This document shows, piece by piece, positions 38,231 through 51,750 of a DNA stretch of 64,000 nt. Below the pieces are notes generated by a model. It was not told where the DNA came from and did not search any database. It saw nothing but the letters and a program-made list of their open reading frames with translations. A program made the position numbers and the translations under genes. Numbering within the stretch: the first letter of the stretch is position 1; each line of letters begins with the position of its first letter. Origin of the DNA: Octopus vulgaris (Eukaryota); the NCBI GenBank assembly GCA_951406725.2, contig OX597815.1, positions 154,318,001 through 154,382,000 on the forward strand. Reading direction: 5' to 3'.

Positions 38231-39751
38231 GAAGTATACACTATGTGTAATATAAATCAGTCCGATATATGTTTCTGCTGTATGAATATTTTGCATTGTG
38301 GTTGTTATGTTGCATACAGTTTTATCATTTGGTTAAGATTCTATGAAACTTTATTGGTGATGCGCACAGTTGAAGTGAACTAAATGTATGTTGATTTAGG
38401 TGGTATTATATTTAGTAGGGGAGGGTAGTGTTTGAATGAAAAGAATTAGAGAAACATTTAGAAACCTGATACGGTTATCAGGATGATCTTATGATGACCC
38501 GGAGGTTTGAAATTCGAATAATGAATACTAGGTCTTAAAACAACCCTCAATTGGACGCATCTGTCACTGAACTCTTTTCCTTTTTACTTCAATTAAGGCC
38601 ATTGGTCGAAACATATTGTGGCCTAGCTTTCTTCCGATAAAATGACGAAACAAAGAAATAGGAAATTGATAGTTTTATACACTTTAAACCTACTGACACA
38701 GAATAAAAACTTCAATATTCATTATACCCTCCATAATATATTCATTCTAATGTTCTACATAATGTTTTGAAACGAATTTGGCTAATAGCATTGAATCCTT
38801 ATAAAATATCCGTATCTGGCATTCAAATAATTTAACAGATACCCTGTTGAATGGATCGGAAACGTAACAAGTCACACCAGAAAACAAAACAAACGAGTTA
38901 TGTTATAAAAATTCTTTTAGGCCAAGGACCAGCTGTTTTAGTCCGATATCGAGTCAAGTGCGTCGACGCTGGTTTATGATTGGTATTTTTTTTATCGACT
39001 ATGAAATCCTGAAAGTCGATCTTGGAACAGCCGAAATGCCGCTAAGTATTCTGTCAGGTGTGCTAACTGTTCTTTAATCTTGTTGTTTTACGTTTAAACA
39101 GAATAATGGTTTCAATTTTGGGACATGGCAGGCAGTTTAGAAGAAGGAGATAAGTCAATTACATCTACCCCAGTGAACAACTGATGCTTATTTTATCACC
39201 CTCAAAAAGATGAAAGGCAAAGTCGACCTCGGTGGAATTTTATTTCAGAAGGTAAGGACGGAAAAATGCCGCTAAGCATTTTACCAGGTGTGTTAACGCT
39301 TCTACTGGCTCGCTACCTTCGTTTTGATATAATGGTAAATAGTACAAATACTCTTGATTATTAACTGGATACTTAGCTTTGAAATCTTTCCATTGCCGTT
39401 ATAGAATTTTAATGAACATCAACAGACTGAAATGAGATCACTAAGATCTTCTGTTGTTATACAATAAAAGATATATAAGAGATATTTATGAAAGGAAAAT
39501 AGCCATTGAATTTAACGATTGGAATTCAAACAACCGAAACAAAATGATGGTTAAGAACTTTAGAACAAAGAGGAAAAACATTGAAAAGTATTTCCCAGTC
39601 TATCTCTGATCTTTCACTTAAAACCCGACGTCTTTTAAATATTCCCTTAAACCAGTGATAATACTTGGAGACACAAAGATAAAAGAATCGTAGAGGAAAG
39701 ACCAACCAGTAAACATGAAAGACTAGAAAAACGTTATAAAGGAATGACGGA

Positions 39752-39823
<72 letters not shown>

Positions 39824-39843
39824 GTATATATGTTTATATATAT

Positions 39844-39893
<50 letters not shown>

Positions 39894-39910
39894 TGTGAGA
39901 GAGAGATTAT

Positions 39911-40054
39911 GGGCGCAGGCGTGGCTGTATGGCAAGATAGTTGCTTGCAACTATATGGACCCGGTTTCAGTCTTACTGCATGGGATGTTGGGAAACGTAT
40001 TCTACTCTAAATTCGGACCGACCAGAGCCTTGTGATTGGGTTTGGTAGAAGGAA

Positions 40055-40057
<3 letters not shown>
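39911..40057 (+). mobile_element. Diverged 5' part of the 27427/46285 SINE family
   Basis: GGCGCAGGCGTGGCTGTATGG head...CCTTGTGATTGGGTTTGGTAGA. Confidence 0.7.
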
Positions 40058-40085
<28 letters not shown>

Positions 40086-40136
40086 CCTGTACATCTGTAT
40101 GACTATCTATGCAAATATCATACTATATTCTGTGTG

Positions 40137-40181
<45 letters not shown>

Positions 40182-41783
40182 CCGTGTGTGTGCGCGCGTG
40201 TGTGTGTATATGTGTGTGCATATGCGTGTGTGTGTATGTATGTGTGTGTTTATTAAGCTTAATTAAGTTCATGAACCAGAGCAATATTTTTAATTACTTA
40301 TTGGAGAAATGTAACAATCAGTTATATAAATGCGATTCTGCAAGAAGCTGTTGTAGCTAATCTGCTCAATTTATATTATACTTAGTATTTATTCATAAAT
40401 TTCAGAGCACATTGAAAAGTTGGATAATCCATTTCTAATGTTTTCCAAACAAGCGTATGTTCAACGTTTCTCTTACATATGTAACGTTAAAATGTATTTC
40501 TACTTGAGTGATAAAGAAAGTGTAGGTATTTTTCTTTCGATGAGATACTAAATAGTAAGTATTATATCTTTCGAAAGTGCAACTGAGGAAATAGATACGA
40601 ACTTCATTCTGTATCGAAGAGTGGTATATATCGAGAGTGATTTTTATATATTAATACATTTGGATTTTTGCTCGATTCTATGCAAGCTAAATTGTGTTAC
40701 ACTGAGGAAAAAATATATCAGAAATGAAAATGTAACTGGATAAATTTATATCTGCCTCTCTGAGCGACTCTGTATTACATAAATACATACATACATACAT
40801 ACATACATACATACATACATACATACAAAGTCGCAGAGTATTCAGCACACCTCCGTACGGACACACACACACTCACACACACTTATAAATACTATAGATT
40901 CATATGCTTGTGTACGTATATTCTGGTTTCAAATTTTGGCACAAAGTCAGCAATTCTGTGGGAGGCGGTAAGTTGATTACGTTGACCCGAGTGATCAACT
41001 GGTACTTATTTTATCGAACCCGAAATTATGAAAGGTGTATTCGACCTCGGTGGAATTTGAACTCAGATTGTCAAGCTGGACGAAATGCCCTTAAGCATTA
41101 TCACTGTCGGGCTAACGTTTCTGCCAGCTGGTGCCTTACCTTTGTTCTAATATTGACTGGCAGAATGTGCGTATGTAATATGAAGACACATTTGGTCATA
41201 CATTGATACGTATACAAACGCGGTATCCGGACAACTACCCCACTGACATGAGCCCAACAGACAAGTGTCCGACGGACAATTACATTTTTCTTCATTAAAT
41301 CTTGATATATTTTCTTATTTTTGGGTGAAGGCTGATGTCCTGCCAGTATTTGGTTGATGATCGTGTCGTTAAGTGTTTGTTCCATCTTAAATACCTGAAG
41401 AAAACGCGAGATATTTGTAAGATTTGACGTTATATTCGCCTGTAAATGGTTATGACATGCCTCCAAGGAGGTACATTATTACATATGGGGTCGAACATGT
41501 TCTGCATACAAATAGGAAAACGGAGGAAAAATCCTAAAGTTTCCCACCAAAATATAATTAATATTTCTGGACACCACTACATAAAACGGATATTTTACAA
41601 ACTCATAAACTTCATAAATAAAATTTGCATGGGTGGACTTCTGTTTTGATGGGAACATCTATGACTAATGTGAAAAGTGATTATGTTTTCCGTCTTACTA
41701 ATATCTCCGAGCTAGCAGTAGAAAAGCAAGTACAGGATAGAGCAGAGAGGACGGACATTTTTGAAATAGCTGTTACTCAGCTC

Positions 41784-43063
41784 CAGGGTGAGGGATATAT
41801 GTCCGACAGGTTCCAATCGGTCCATGGTGTCTCAAAAGGTTTTGTTCTTTTCAGGTGAAGCCATAGTGCTGTGGATGATAGAGCATCGGGTGTTTGCCTA
41901 CGACAGTTACGTGAAGAATAACGATTGTGTCACAGCAGTTCAGCGAGAGTTTCGGCGCCACTTCAATATTCACCGAAATCAGGCTGTTCCCACACGTAAC
42001 ACAATCTTACGTTGGGTGAACGCACTTCGTACACGAGGTATACTAATGAATAGGAGACCGATGGGGGCGCCCCCACTAGTCTCCTATTCATGTGGAACAC
42101 GTCAGACAAGCTTTGATACGGAGTCCGAATGTCTCTACTCGGAGGCATTCCACTGAACTTGGGATCTGTAATCGATCGGTAAGGCGCATTTGGCATGAAA
42201 ATCTGCATTTCCACCTGTAAAAATTGGTCATTGAGCAACAGTTGACACCATGGGACTATGCACAAAGGCTTAACTTCGCACATTAGATGGAAGCAATTTT
42301 TGTGGCAAATGACAACCTCATTTTGTTAATGAGTGATGATGCTCTTTTTCATCTCAATGCCATGGTTAATCAACAGAACTGTCGTTATTGGGATCTTGAA
42401 AATCCGAGAGAACTGCACGAAAGACCACAGCACAGCCCAAAAGAGACGGTCTGGTGTGCTGTTAGAAAAGCTGCTGTCATTGGCGTCATTGGTCCTTACC
42501 TTTTTGAAGACAATAATGGAAATGCTATTACTGTGAACTCTGAACGGTACATCGAGATTATAAACAACTTGTTTGTGCTTGAATTGCGACGAAAACGTAT
42601 GTATATTCGGCACATGCGGTTTCAGCAGGATGGGCGGGACACACAGCCAGAGCATCAATGGATTTTCTTAGCTTTTTCTCCGATGACCGCATTATTTACA
42701 GCTTTGCTGACATTCCTTAGCCCCGTCGGTCCCCTGGTTTGTCCATGTGTGATTATTTTTTCTGGAGAAAGCTTAAATCATGTATCTATAAGCCCTGTAC
42801 ATTGGACGATTTGAAGGAAACTATTCGCGTGGAAGTCACCGAAATCGACAGAGCAGTGCTGGAGAAATTGGAGGGCAACTTCCAAGAATTCCTTTAGAAA
42901 TGTATCAATGGAAACAGACATACATGATGGATGTTGTTTTCCACACTTAATTTTGATAAATGTTAATTGAATACAAATATATCGATGTCAAAATTTGTTT
43001 GCAGCTAAAATTAATGATTTTGTGAAGTTTTAAAAAACATCTGCCTTCTCTTATCTCACTCTG
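41784..43063 (+). mobile_element. Tc1/mariner DNA transposon with frameshifted transposase, DD41D (rosa-like) spacing inferred
   Basis: HTH region (VTAVQREFRRHF..PTRNTILRWV), MSDD, VNQQNCRYW, VWCA, IGPY, FQQDG, RSP(G)LSMCDYFFW; ends CAGGGTGAG / CTCACTCTG-TA. The second and third D are 122 nt apart with an apparent 4-nt deletion. Confidence 0.85.
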
Positions 43064-44055
43064 TACGAATTTTGCAGGAGCATGATAGATCGTAGAATCT
43101 TTAGAAGACAATAGGCTTTAATGATGGTAAGGCAGTGAGTAAAACATGTAAAGTAAAGCGGGAAAGATAGGAACAGAGAAGGATGGAGATGTAAAATAAC
43201 TGATTCATTTGGTTATGGCTGTTAATGAGTTTTATGTTTGTATTCGTCAATTTATGCCATTTTAAGGGTTAAAATTTCTTAAAGTTTACATTAAATTATT
43301 CTGTTTGCTGCTAAGAGTTAAAATAAGCATAAAACAGTTTTCATAATTATATGCTTCAGAAAAATATTAGTCATTAGTGTAGTTATTTCATGCTTCTTAT
43401 ATTTTATTTTGGTAATTGGAAAGTTCAAAACTTAACACAGTTCATTCCGATGACTTCCGACCCGCATCCCCGCTTGGGATGAGAATAATCAGACTGTTAT
43501 GCAGTATTGAACTAAAACAGAGGGCGACACTAATATTTAGTGAAAGAGTTAAGTTATACACATTTCTAAAAAGGATTCATTATATTTATTCTGTATCAGT
43601 TGGATTTTTTATGTCAAAACAATATCTTCATATGTTATGTTTAAATATATTGTCTAGAGGAAATATTTTGTTTCAGAAATGTGAGTAAATATCTGCAGTA
43701 TAACCATTTAAACAGTTAAAGAGAAGACATATTCAAGAAAGATGGAGGTGTTAGTCAAAAGGGACAACTTTAACAGGAAGTTAGGTAAGGCGTTTTAGTG
43801 GCAGGGGTGTTGCAATGGAAGAGGCTTAATAAGGAACTCGCTTGGAGCAACAGATGTAAAATAAGCAAGAATAATTTGTGTGTGAGAGAGAGAGAGAGAG
43901 AGAAAGAGAAAGAGAGAGTAGGAAAAGAAAGAAGAGGGAGGAAGAGATGAAAGTGAGTTTATATAGACAAATCAAAGAGTAATGGTAAATTCACAGCATT
44001 AATTTATGTATTCGGCAAGTATATTCCATTTGCAACATTATGAGAAATTAGCCTC

Positions 44056-46109
44056 TGTTGTGTGGAGGCCCCCAGACGATGAAGTACGCTAGCCCAATAC
44101 GTAGATATAGTGGGAGATGTCTAGACGTCAGAGAGTAGAGTCGAGTCGAGTTTTTGGTAGTCGAAAGCGTTATTTTTGAAGTTGAGCTGTTGAAGTCGGA
44201 GTGTTATTGTGAGTAGTGCGTAAATTAATTGTTGAACATTGCCGTTTGTTATCATTGTGAATTTTTTGTTGCGAAATTTTGTTGTGTTAATTTTTCCCGT
44301 TGAGGAAAATGGAGACGGCGCCAGCGAGCGGCCTTAGTTATGCAGCCGCAACTGGAAAAGGAACAGAAGAGAAGATGTTAGAGACCTACGAGATCAAGGT
44401 TGAACCAAGAAAGATGAAGGCATGCGAGAAGTTGCTAGAGAAGGAGGGCCAGACGTTGAAGTTGACGTCTCCGGCTGAGCTGACAAAGAGCATAGTAAAG
44501 TGAACTGTTACCTACAAGACAATGAGAATCGATACAAGAAAAATAGAGTTTGCATCTGTGGAAGAAATAGAAAAAGTATTGGAGAACATGAAAAAGCTGA
44601 TAGAATGAGAGGAAGAAAGTATGCCACGGTGGATGTACGCTTCACGTCGGAAGAGGAGGCAATTAATCATGCAACGGAGGCAATTCGCTCAGAGGAATGG
44701 ATACTTTTGCCGTCGTACTGTGGCAAACGCGTGGCTAGAGTACGAGTAGGACAAGTACCCCCTGAACTGGAAGAGGCATGGCTCATGACAGCCATAATGT
44801 ATAACAAGCAGGACGGAGCCAAAATATTAAAGGCCACAAGGACCAATAAACTTGACTACTGGGTTATGGGATAGAACTTACTAGCCAAGCAACTGTGGAC
44901 GATCTAAATAGGATTGTGGAAGAAATAGTGCTGCCTCACGGCTTTGCACTGAGAACTAAAGTGGAAAGCAGGCCGCCTGTATGCTTTGGATGTGGAGAGA
45001 AAGGCCACATGAAGGCGAGTTGCCCACAGAGAGAGCGGAAAGAGACACAAGTAGGTGTGGAACAGGCAATACAGGTGGAAAAGAAGAGGGATTCACTCTG
45101 GTTGAAAGAAAAAGGAGAAGCGGAAGAGTACGCCCGCCACCGGCTAACCAGAAAAAGAAGAAAGAAGAGGTGGAAAAGAAAGGTGAGATGTGAAGGAAAG
45201 CTGACAAAAGTATGGTGGAGAAAGAAAGTGGAAAAATACTTAGTAAGGTGTGCGAGAACGAATTACAGGAGCAAACAAGGTTGAAGACGTCAGTAGATTT
45301 GGCGAAGGAGAAAGATTCTGGAGCGTAACTACACGATGGTGAGATGGAAAAATTGTTCACAGCTAGTGACAGAGAAGGAGACGATGTCAAAACCGGAGGG
45401 AGAGAGTTCTCAGCAGATATATACAATAAGAGAGATGGAAAATACAGAAAAGAGAAAGCCTAAAAGAAGGAAGAACAGGTGGAATTTCGTAAATTATGTC
45501 AAAAACAAGGAAGTTGAAAAAGGAATTATAAAATTTAAACATATCATAAGAGTAAAATTACCCAGCGACACATACTCAGGAAACGTCAAGGCCATTGTGG
45601 TCGATAAAGAGACTTATAAGAGACTCGTAGAAATGTGCGGAAGTATGATTGACCCAGCAGGAGTATTGGTGGAGTTCGACGAACTACCACCAGTAATCGA
45701 ACTTACAGATCTGGAGCCTTGTATTAGGCATTAAAAAGAGTAAGTAAAGTTACTTTGTTTAAAAAAAGGAAAAAAGAAGGGAAAAAAGTGCTTCGAAGGA
45801 AAAAGAGAGAAAAAAACGTTAATTAAGAAAAAACAACAGACAATATAACATGATTGTAAGAACAGTTTGTACTAATGTTCAAATGGTACTGTATGAGGAG
45901 TGGGGCCCATGCAGCCATTCATCTTACATTTTTATATAATTCATATTCATTCGTTATACGTTTATTGTCCCCCTGTTGTGTTGTGTCTGTCCTAGTAGTG
46001 TCCCCTCTGTGTTAAGTGGCCTGAGTGCCAAAATAAAGAATGAGTAGCAGTCGTAGTAGACTAGAGAGAGCAGAGTTGAGTAGAAGACATCCGAACGTGC
46101 GACATAACA
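44056..46109 (+). mobile_element. Probable short solo LTR interrupted by a gag/ORF1-only element
   Basis: Outer ends TGTTGTGT...ACATAACA. Inner element ~44144-46040 ends in AATAAAGAA; GAGTAG(C)AGTCG occurs at both junctions (44133, 46042). Confidence 0.45.
44309..45734 (+). pseudogene. Frameshifted gag-like ORF1 with CCHC zinc knuckle (L1/Tx1-like)
   Basis: METAPASGLSYAAAT start, RVRVGQVPPEL, CFGCGEKGHMKASC (44982-45023), GFTLVERKRR; split over several ORF-track entries; no RT follows. Confidence 0.75.
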
Positions 46110-46284
46110 GTATCATTTAATTGACTCATTCTAAGTGCATTTAACTGCCAGATTGAGCAAAAGGCTGTTTTTGATAATCAAATATGCCACCCATTCCTCA
46201 TTGTATTATTATTATTTTGATATTCATATTATTATTCAAGTACTTAATGATTTTCTTAACATAAACTATGTAGAGATTGTATTA

Positions 46285-46657
46285 GGCGCAGGAGTGGCTG
46301 TGTGGTAAGTAGCTTGCTAACCAACCACACGGTTGCGGGTTCAGTCCCACTGCGTGGCATCTTGGGCAAGTGTCTTCTGCTATAGCGCCGGGCCGACCAA
46401 TGCCTTGTGAGTGGATTTGGTAGACGGAAACTGAAAGAAGCCTGTCGTATATATGTATATATATGTATATGTGTGTGTGTTTGTGTGTCTGTGTTTGTCC
46501 CCCTAGAATTGCTTGACAACCGATGCTGGTGTGTTTACGTCCCCGTCACTTAGCGGTTCGGCAAAAAGAGACCGATGGAATAAGTACTAAAAGGTGGTGC
46601 TCCAGCATGGCCGCAGTCGGGTGACTGAAACAAGTAAAAGAGTAAAGAGTAAAGAGT
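46285..46657 (+). mobile_element. tRNA-derived CORE-type SINE (same family as 27427)
   Basis: GGCGCAGGAGTGGCTGTGTGGTAAG head, GGTTCAGTCC B box, (AAAGAGT)n tail. Confidence 0.9.
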
Positions 46658-46879
46658 GTTGGCAGGAGGATATAATAAATTTATGTGTAAAGTTGAGAGG
46701 AAATAAATGGAGCAACGTTCAGTTAGTATTAAATTATACCTAAATATTTTCATAATTCTTAGTGATGGCATCATTTACATATTTGCTATAATTGATTATC
46801 AATATTTTTCTAATGTCCCTAGGCAGAGTTGAATTGGTGTATAAATATATAATGAAGATTCTTAGCATTGGCAGAACTT

Positions 46880-47450
46880 TGATGGAACTGGAATACCGTA
46901 CAAGTCAATTCAAAAATTTAAAGAGCCAAGGAAATAATTATTCACACAGATCCTACCTCTTCACAGGAGGAGTCATGTTGTGGGCTAGTATCTTGGTGAC
47001 ACACTTGTTGGCTAAATTAGAGTGTCTGAAGAGATTAAAGTGACCACAGCCGCCTACTGCAATCTCCTGAAGGAGGTCTCGGATCCCTGGCTAGATGACA
47101 TACGGCTCTTATTTCTAAGTAATCTCGTATTCGTGCAGGACAACGCTCCCTCCCACTCTGCTAGTACTACTCAAACATTCCTAGGGTCTTACGGCATACA
47201 AGGTGAAAAGTTGACGGTATGGCAGCTAATATCTCGGATCTCAACCCTATCGAAAATCTTTGGTCCATCATTAAACAAAATGTTTATGCCAATGGACGCC
47301 AATTTACGTCGAAAGATGTCTTATGAGTGACCATCAAAACTGCAGCAGAGACACTCCAACCTGCTACTATTAAGGAATTGACAGATTCCATGACCACTAG
47401 GGTATTTGAAGTTGTCCGTCGAAATGGCCCTTATGTGATTAAATAATTCA
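46880..47450 (+). pseudogene. Tc1-like transposase catalytic fragment, DD37E (TRT-like) spacing
   Basis: GGVMLWA, FVQDNAPSHSA, W.AN..DLNPIENLWS; 37 residues between D and E after correcting one frameshift. Confidence 0.8.
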
Positions 47451-50400
47451 TGATGTTATTAAATGTTATAATATGATGGTTTTCTGTTATATATATATAT
47501 ATATATATATATATTCATTCTTGTTGCTTATTTTTTTGATTATATATATATATATATATCCAATGTATGCTTAATATGTATCATTACCCTTCATTTTCTG
47601 AAAACAAAATGCCTAGATGGGCTATTTTCATTCAAAAGCTATTAGCGTGGTTCACGCCAAAAAAACTGAAGAATCTGAAATAAAAAAGAAAGAACGTGAC
47701 ACAGAATAATAAAAACTACAATAGTGTTGCTATAATGTACAAATCAGTTGGGAATAGGTTTAGCAAAATCGATTCACAGAAAATAGAGACACCCTAAATT
47801 TCAGTCCTAAGCTATTAGTGTCTTTCTGGGTGTAAATAAGAATCTAAACAAAACTTATTTTTCACGGCACATGAAATAATATATCATTATTAATTGAAAG
47901 TTAAAGAAAGGAACAAACGAAGGGAGAATGGAAAAATATTGCAATGTTTTCTTTTCATATTTTTTGTTACTTTGTTACAGATGTTTTTCTTCTTTACTTC
48001 CTAGAGGAGGGGTGGTGTTCATCATCACCTCTGGAGATCCTCCGAGACAGGTGCTTTGATAACATCAATGTTCTGTTTAAATTATTGCGGGCCATCACCT
48101 ACAAGAAATATGTGCTGGAAGGAGATTCCAGAGGTACAATGATCAGGGAGGAATGGCTATGGATACTAATATGGGCAGTGTGGGAAATAGTGTGGACATA
48201 AGAACAATGACGCAAGTTGCGAGTGACTGAACCGACAAATTACAAGAGCAGCCAGCTCCAAAGAACGGTTGCCGTTTTAGTAACTATAGAAAAAATTTAG
48301 TGACAGCATCCATGCAAACCACAGAATGGAGTGTTTGTTAGTGTTTTATTTACAATCACTCAATTGGACATTCTCTGGATGCCTGCGGAAATCGGTATTT
48401 TTACAACGTGTCTTTGATTTATTCTGGGCTATACTTGAACTTTGCTGCATGTCAGCATATGTTGGGGCATACTGAAATATTTTTTGATACAGATGAGTAA
48501 AATCGATTTGGCTATCCTCACTAAGTTATAGTGCGTTCGCTATAGTAATAACGACGCTTTGAATTTCGATCGACCGCAAGGATTCCAGCTACAGGCATTA
48601 CCTGTTAAGGATATGAATGAGGTGTGATGGTGTTTTCACCGTCTGTTTAGCGATTGTTTATATTTTTGCTGTTAAAAATGACAATGTTGGCATGGTCTGC
48701 TCCGTACATCAAATCGATGCTGGTTTGGAGTATGATGTTTAGGTTCAGTGTAGATATTTCATGTTTGGAAAAATTTAGGGAGTATTGAAGTAGCATATCA
48801 TATGTAGAAGTGGGCGTGAAGATAGTACTTATAATTTCCTATAAATGACGACTGGTTGATTCAACGTAAAAGTAAGATAATTTTTCTCATTCAGCATTCT
48901 GGAATAACACACAATATATTTGTTTTGAGGCGTTGTGAAAGATAAGTAAATATATCTAACAACATGTATAATATACACACGTTACATATCATACAGTGAT
49001 GCATCATTATTAAATATGTACCTATGAAACTGTTAGAAATTGAGTTGTTAATCATGCGAAGTTGAACGAATATATGAAATCACCTAAGTAGTAAGGATTC
49101 AGATTACTTTAGAATCACAAACCTATCACTCAGTAAAAGGCACATATTCGCACGTGGCAATATATGTAACAGCTATATACAGAACTAAATCATTATATAA
49201 GATTCATTGAGGAAAATTTACCTTAAAACACACTATAACATTTTAGAAGTGAGAAAATTGAAGATCAGAGGTTTGTATGAGACTGAAATTACAATTTAAT
49301 ATTAATAGGAATAGTAAGAGGATACGCTTTACCCTAATATTGGTTTTAAATTTTGAAACAGGGTCAGCATTTTCGGGGTGGGGGAGATATATTGATTACA
49401 TCGACCATAGTGGTGAACTAGTACTTATTATATCGATCCCGAAGGGATGAAAGCCAAAGTCAACTTCGATGGAATTTGAACGCAGAATATAAAGGCGAAC
49501 GAAATACCGTTCAACATTTCGCCCGCTTTACCTTTACCCTCATATTAGCTGGTATTTTAGTTTATCGACCCCTACAAGAATGACAGGTAAGTTTCATCTT
49601 GGTAAGATTTGAACTCAGAATATATGGAACCAGAACAAATACGGCAATGAATTTGGTCCGACGCTCAAAACATTTAACTATCGTATTGCCTTAAATGAAT
49701 GATCTAGATTAAAAGGTATACATCATTAATCAACTGTAAGAAATGACACGGCATGTTAAGATGAACGTTATTCGCGGTCTAAATAATCTGCAACGGTATT
49801 GTGTTCAAAGTTACAATATATCTATAGATAGATATGAGCGTAAAATTTATAGTGGATAAAGGTAATTCAGTTTAGTAGTGTATGGTTTACAACATGAAAT
49901 TTAATTGTAGTACTATAAAATTTGTAATATTAATGTTACAGTGCATTATGCCGAGGTGGACTTTGCCTTTCGTTAGTTGATCATTAGGATCTATGTAATC
50001 GACCCCGAAATTGCTGGCTTTATTCCAAAATTTGAATCCAATATTAATGTTACCAAGTAAGGCGGTGAGTGGACAGCATGGTTAGCATGCTGGATAAAGT
50101 GCTTAGCGGCATTTCATCCGTCTTTATATTCTGGATTCAAATTCCGTCAAGGTCGACTTTGCCCTTCATCCTTTTTGGGTCGATCATATACGTACCAGTT
50201 TAGCACTGGCGTTGATGTAATCGACCTGTCCTCTACCCTGGACTTGTGCCAAAATTTGAAGCTGATTTAAATGTTACATTGAGAAGTATCTATTTAGTGG
50301 TATATTGGAAATGTTGCCTATATTAGTAGATTCCTTTCAGTTACGAAAAAGATTACAGCGACAGATGTTTGATTTACTATTCCTATAATTAGTTGTTGCA

Positions 50401-51260
50401 GAATTCTGTTTGATGTTGTAGATTCTATGATAAAATCCATTTCTATGCAAGACCCCTATTCATTAGTAGCAATATCATGAAATATTTGTTCATTTGTGAA
50501 GATACTACTTAATCTAAACATTGCCGTGACTCATATAGCCTTTTTATATTTTTACTATGAATAACCCTAAAATATTCTGACACTTGGCTGCAAATTGAAT
50601 TGGTTAATGTAATTTTAAAATTAATTACACTGTTTCAAATGGAATATAATTATCCAATACAAAAATAAAGTTTGTAATAGCCATTGCCAAAGGAATCAGT
50701 CCTTTGACGTCTCCACTTTTCTCTTCCCCCTTCTCCCCTTCTTTGCTTTATAATCTTCATTCACAGCCACCCTCATTAAAGCCTTTTCTCTCCTACAGAT
50801 TCTACGACCTAATATGTTTTCACCTAACTTGCTGCTAAATTCCTCCTTTCCTCCATCTATCCTCTCAATAGCTAGTTAAACGATTTTCCCCGATATACTG
50901 TCCTTTCTCATCATTTTGGCATGCTGCCTCCGAGCTGTGAAATACATTATAACATGTACGCTATTGATTTAAAAAGAAACAACAATAGCAACAACAAAAG
51001 CAATCGCAGCAGCCACAGAATCAATAAAATGACAAGAACAATAGCAATAATAATAGTCTCTGATTCAGGAACATGGTCCGCAAGTTTGTTTGGACAGGAT
51101 GTCCGATAAAAGCAAACCCATACATGTCTAGCCCTTTCTTTTATCGATCCCGATAACGGGTTTGAAACGCAAATTCGTGAAGTGTTCCATATTTTTTAAC
51201 AAGGTGGTGCTCCAACATGGCCGGAGTTTAATGACTGAAACAAGTTAAAGATGAAGTAAA

Positions 51261-51298
<38 letters not shown>

Positions 51299-51299
51299 T

Positions 51300-51506
51300 T
51301 TTGTTCGGTTACTAGCTTTTGTCATAGGACTGCAGCCATGCTGCAGCATGGCTTTAGGAATTTATTTTAGTTGAAGATATCGACGGCAAGACTTTGGTCG
51401 GCCCGAGGCTATAGTAGCAGACACTTGCCCAAGATGCCACGCAGTAGGAGTGAACCCGGAGCTATTTGGATGGGAAGAAAGCTTCTTACCACACTGCCAC
51501 GCCTGC
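51300..51506 (-). mobile_element. Internally deleted copy of the 27427 SINE family
   Basis: GACACTTGCCCAAGATGCCACGCAGT...CTTACCACACTGCCACGCCTGC. Confidence 0.75.
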
Positions 51507-51512
51507 AGGATT

Positions 51513-51576
<64 letters not shown>

Positions 51577-51713
51577 TTCGCTTAAGGAGAGAATGGTTTA
51601 CTCCATTAAGATCCTTTTCGTGAGCGCCATCTGGGGTTCTGTATGACTGAACTCTTTCCGTGACTTCCTGAGATTGCGCTCTATTCATCTATACGAATTT
51701 ATTATACACATAT

Positions 51714-51750
<37 letters not shown>

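Noticed and set aside
38487-38524. ATGATGA-CCCGGAGGTTT-GAAA-TTCGAA-TA hammerhead-like relic
   Set aside because: C3 is mutated, stems are weak and there is no clear element context; could be real but unsupported
40696-40736. GTTACA-CTGAGGA...GAAA...TGTAAC
   Set aside because: No stem II and no U at position 16.1; likely chance
43660-43690. TTTCAG-AAAT-GTGAGT possible 4-nt micro-exon
   Set aside because: Cannot be supported without transcript data; such motifs occur by chance
47944-48201. 85-aa ORF with nearby splice-acceptor-like tracts
   Set aside because: No recognisable protein family; exon status untestable here
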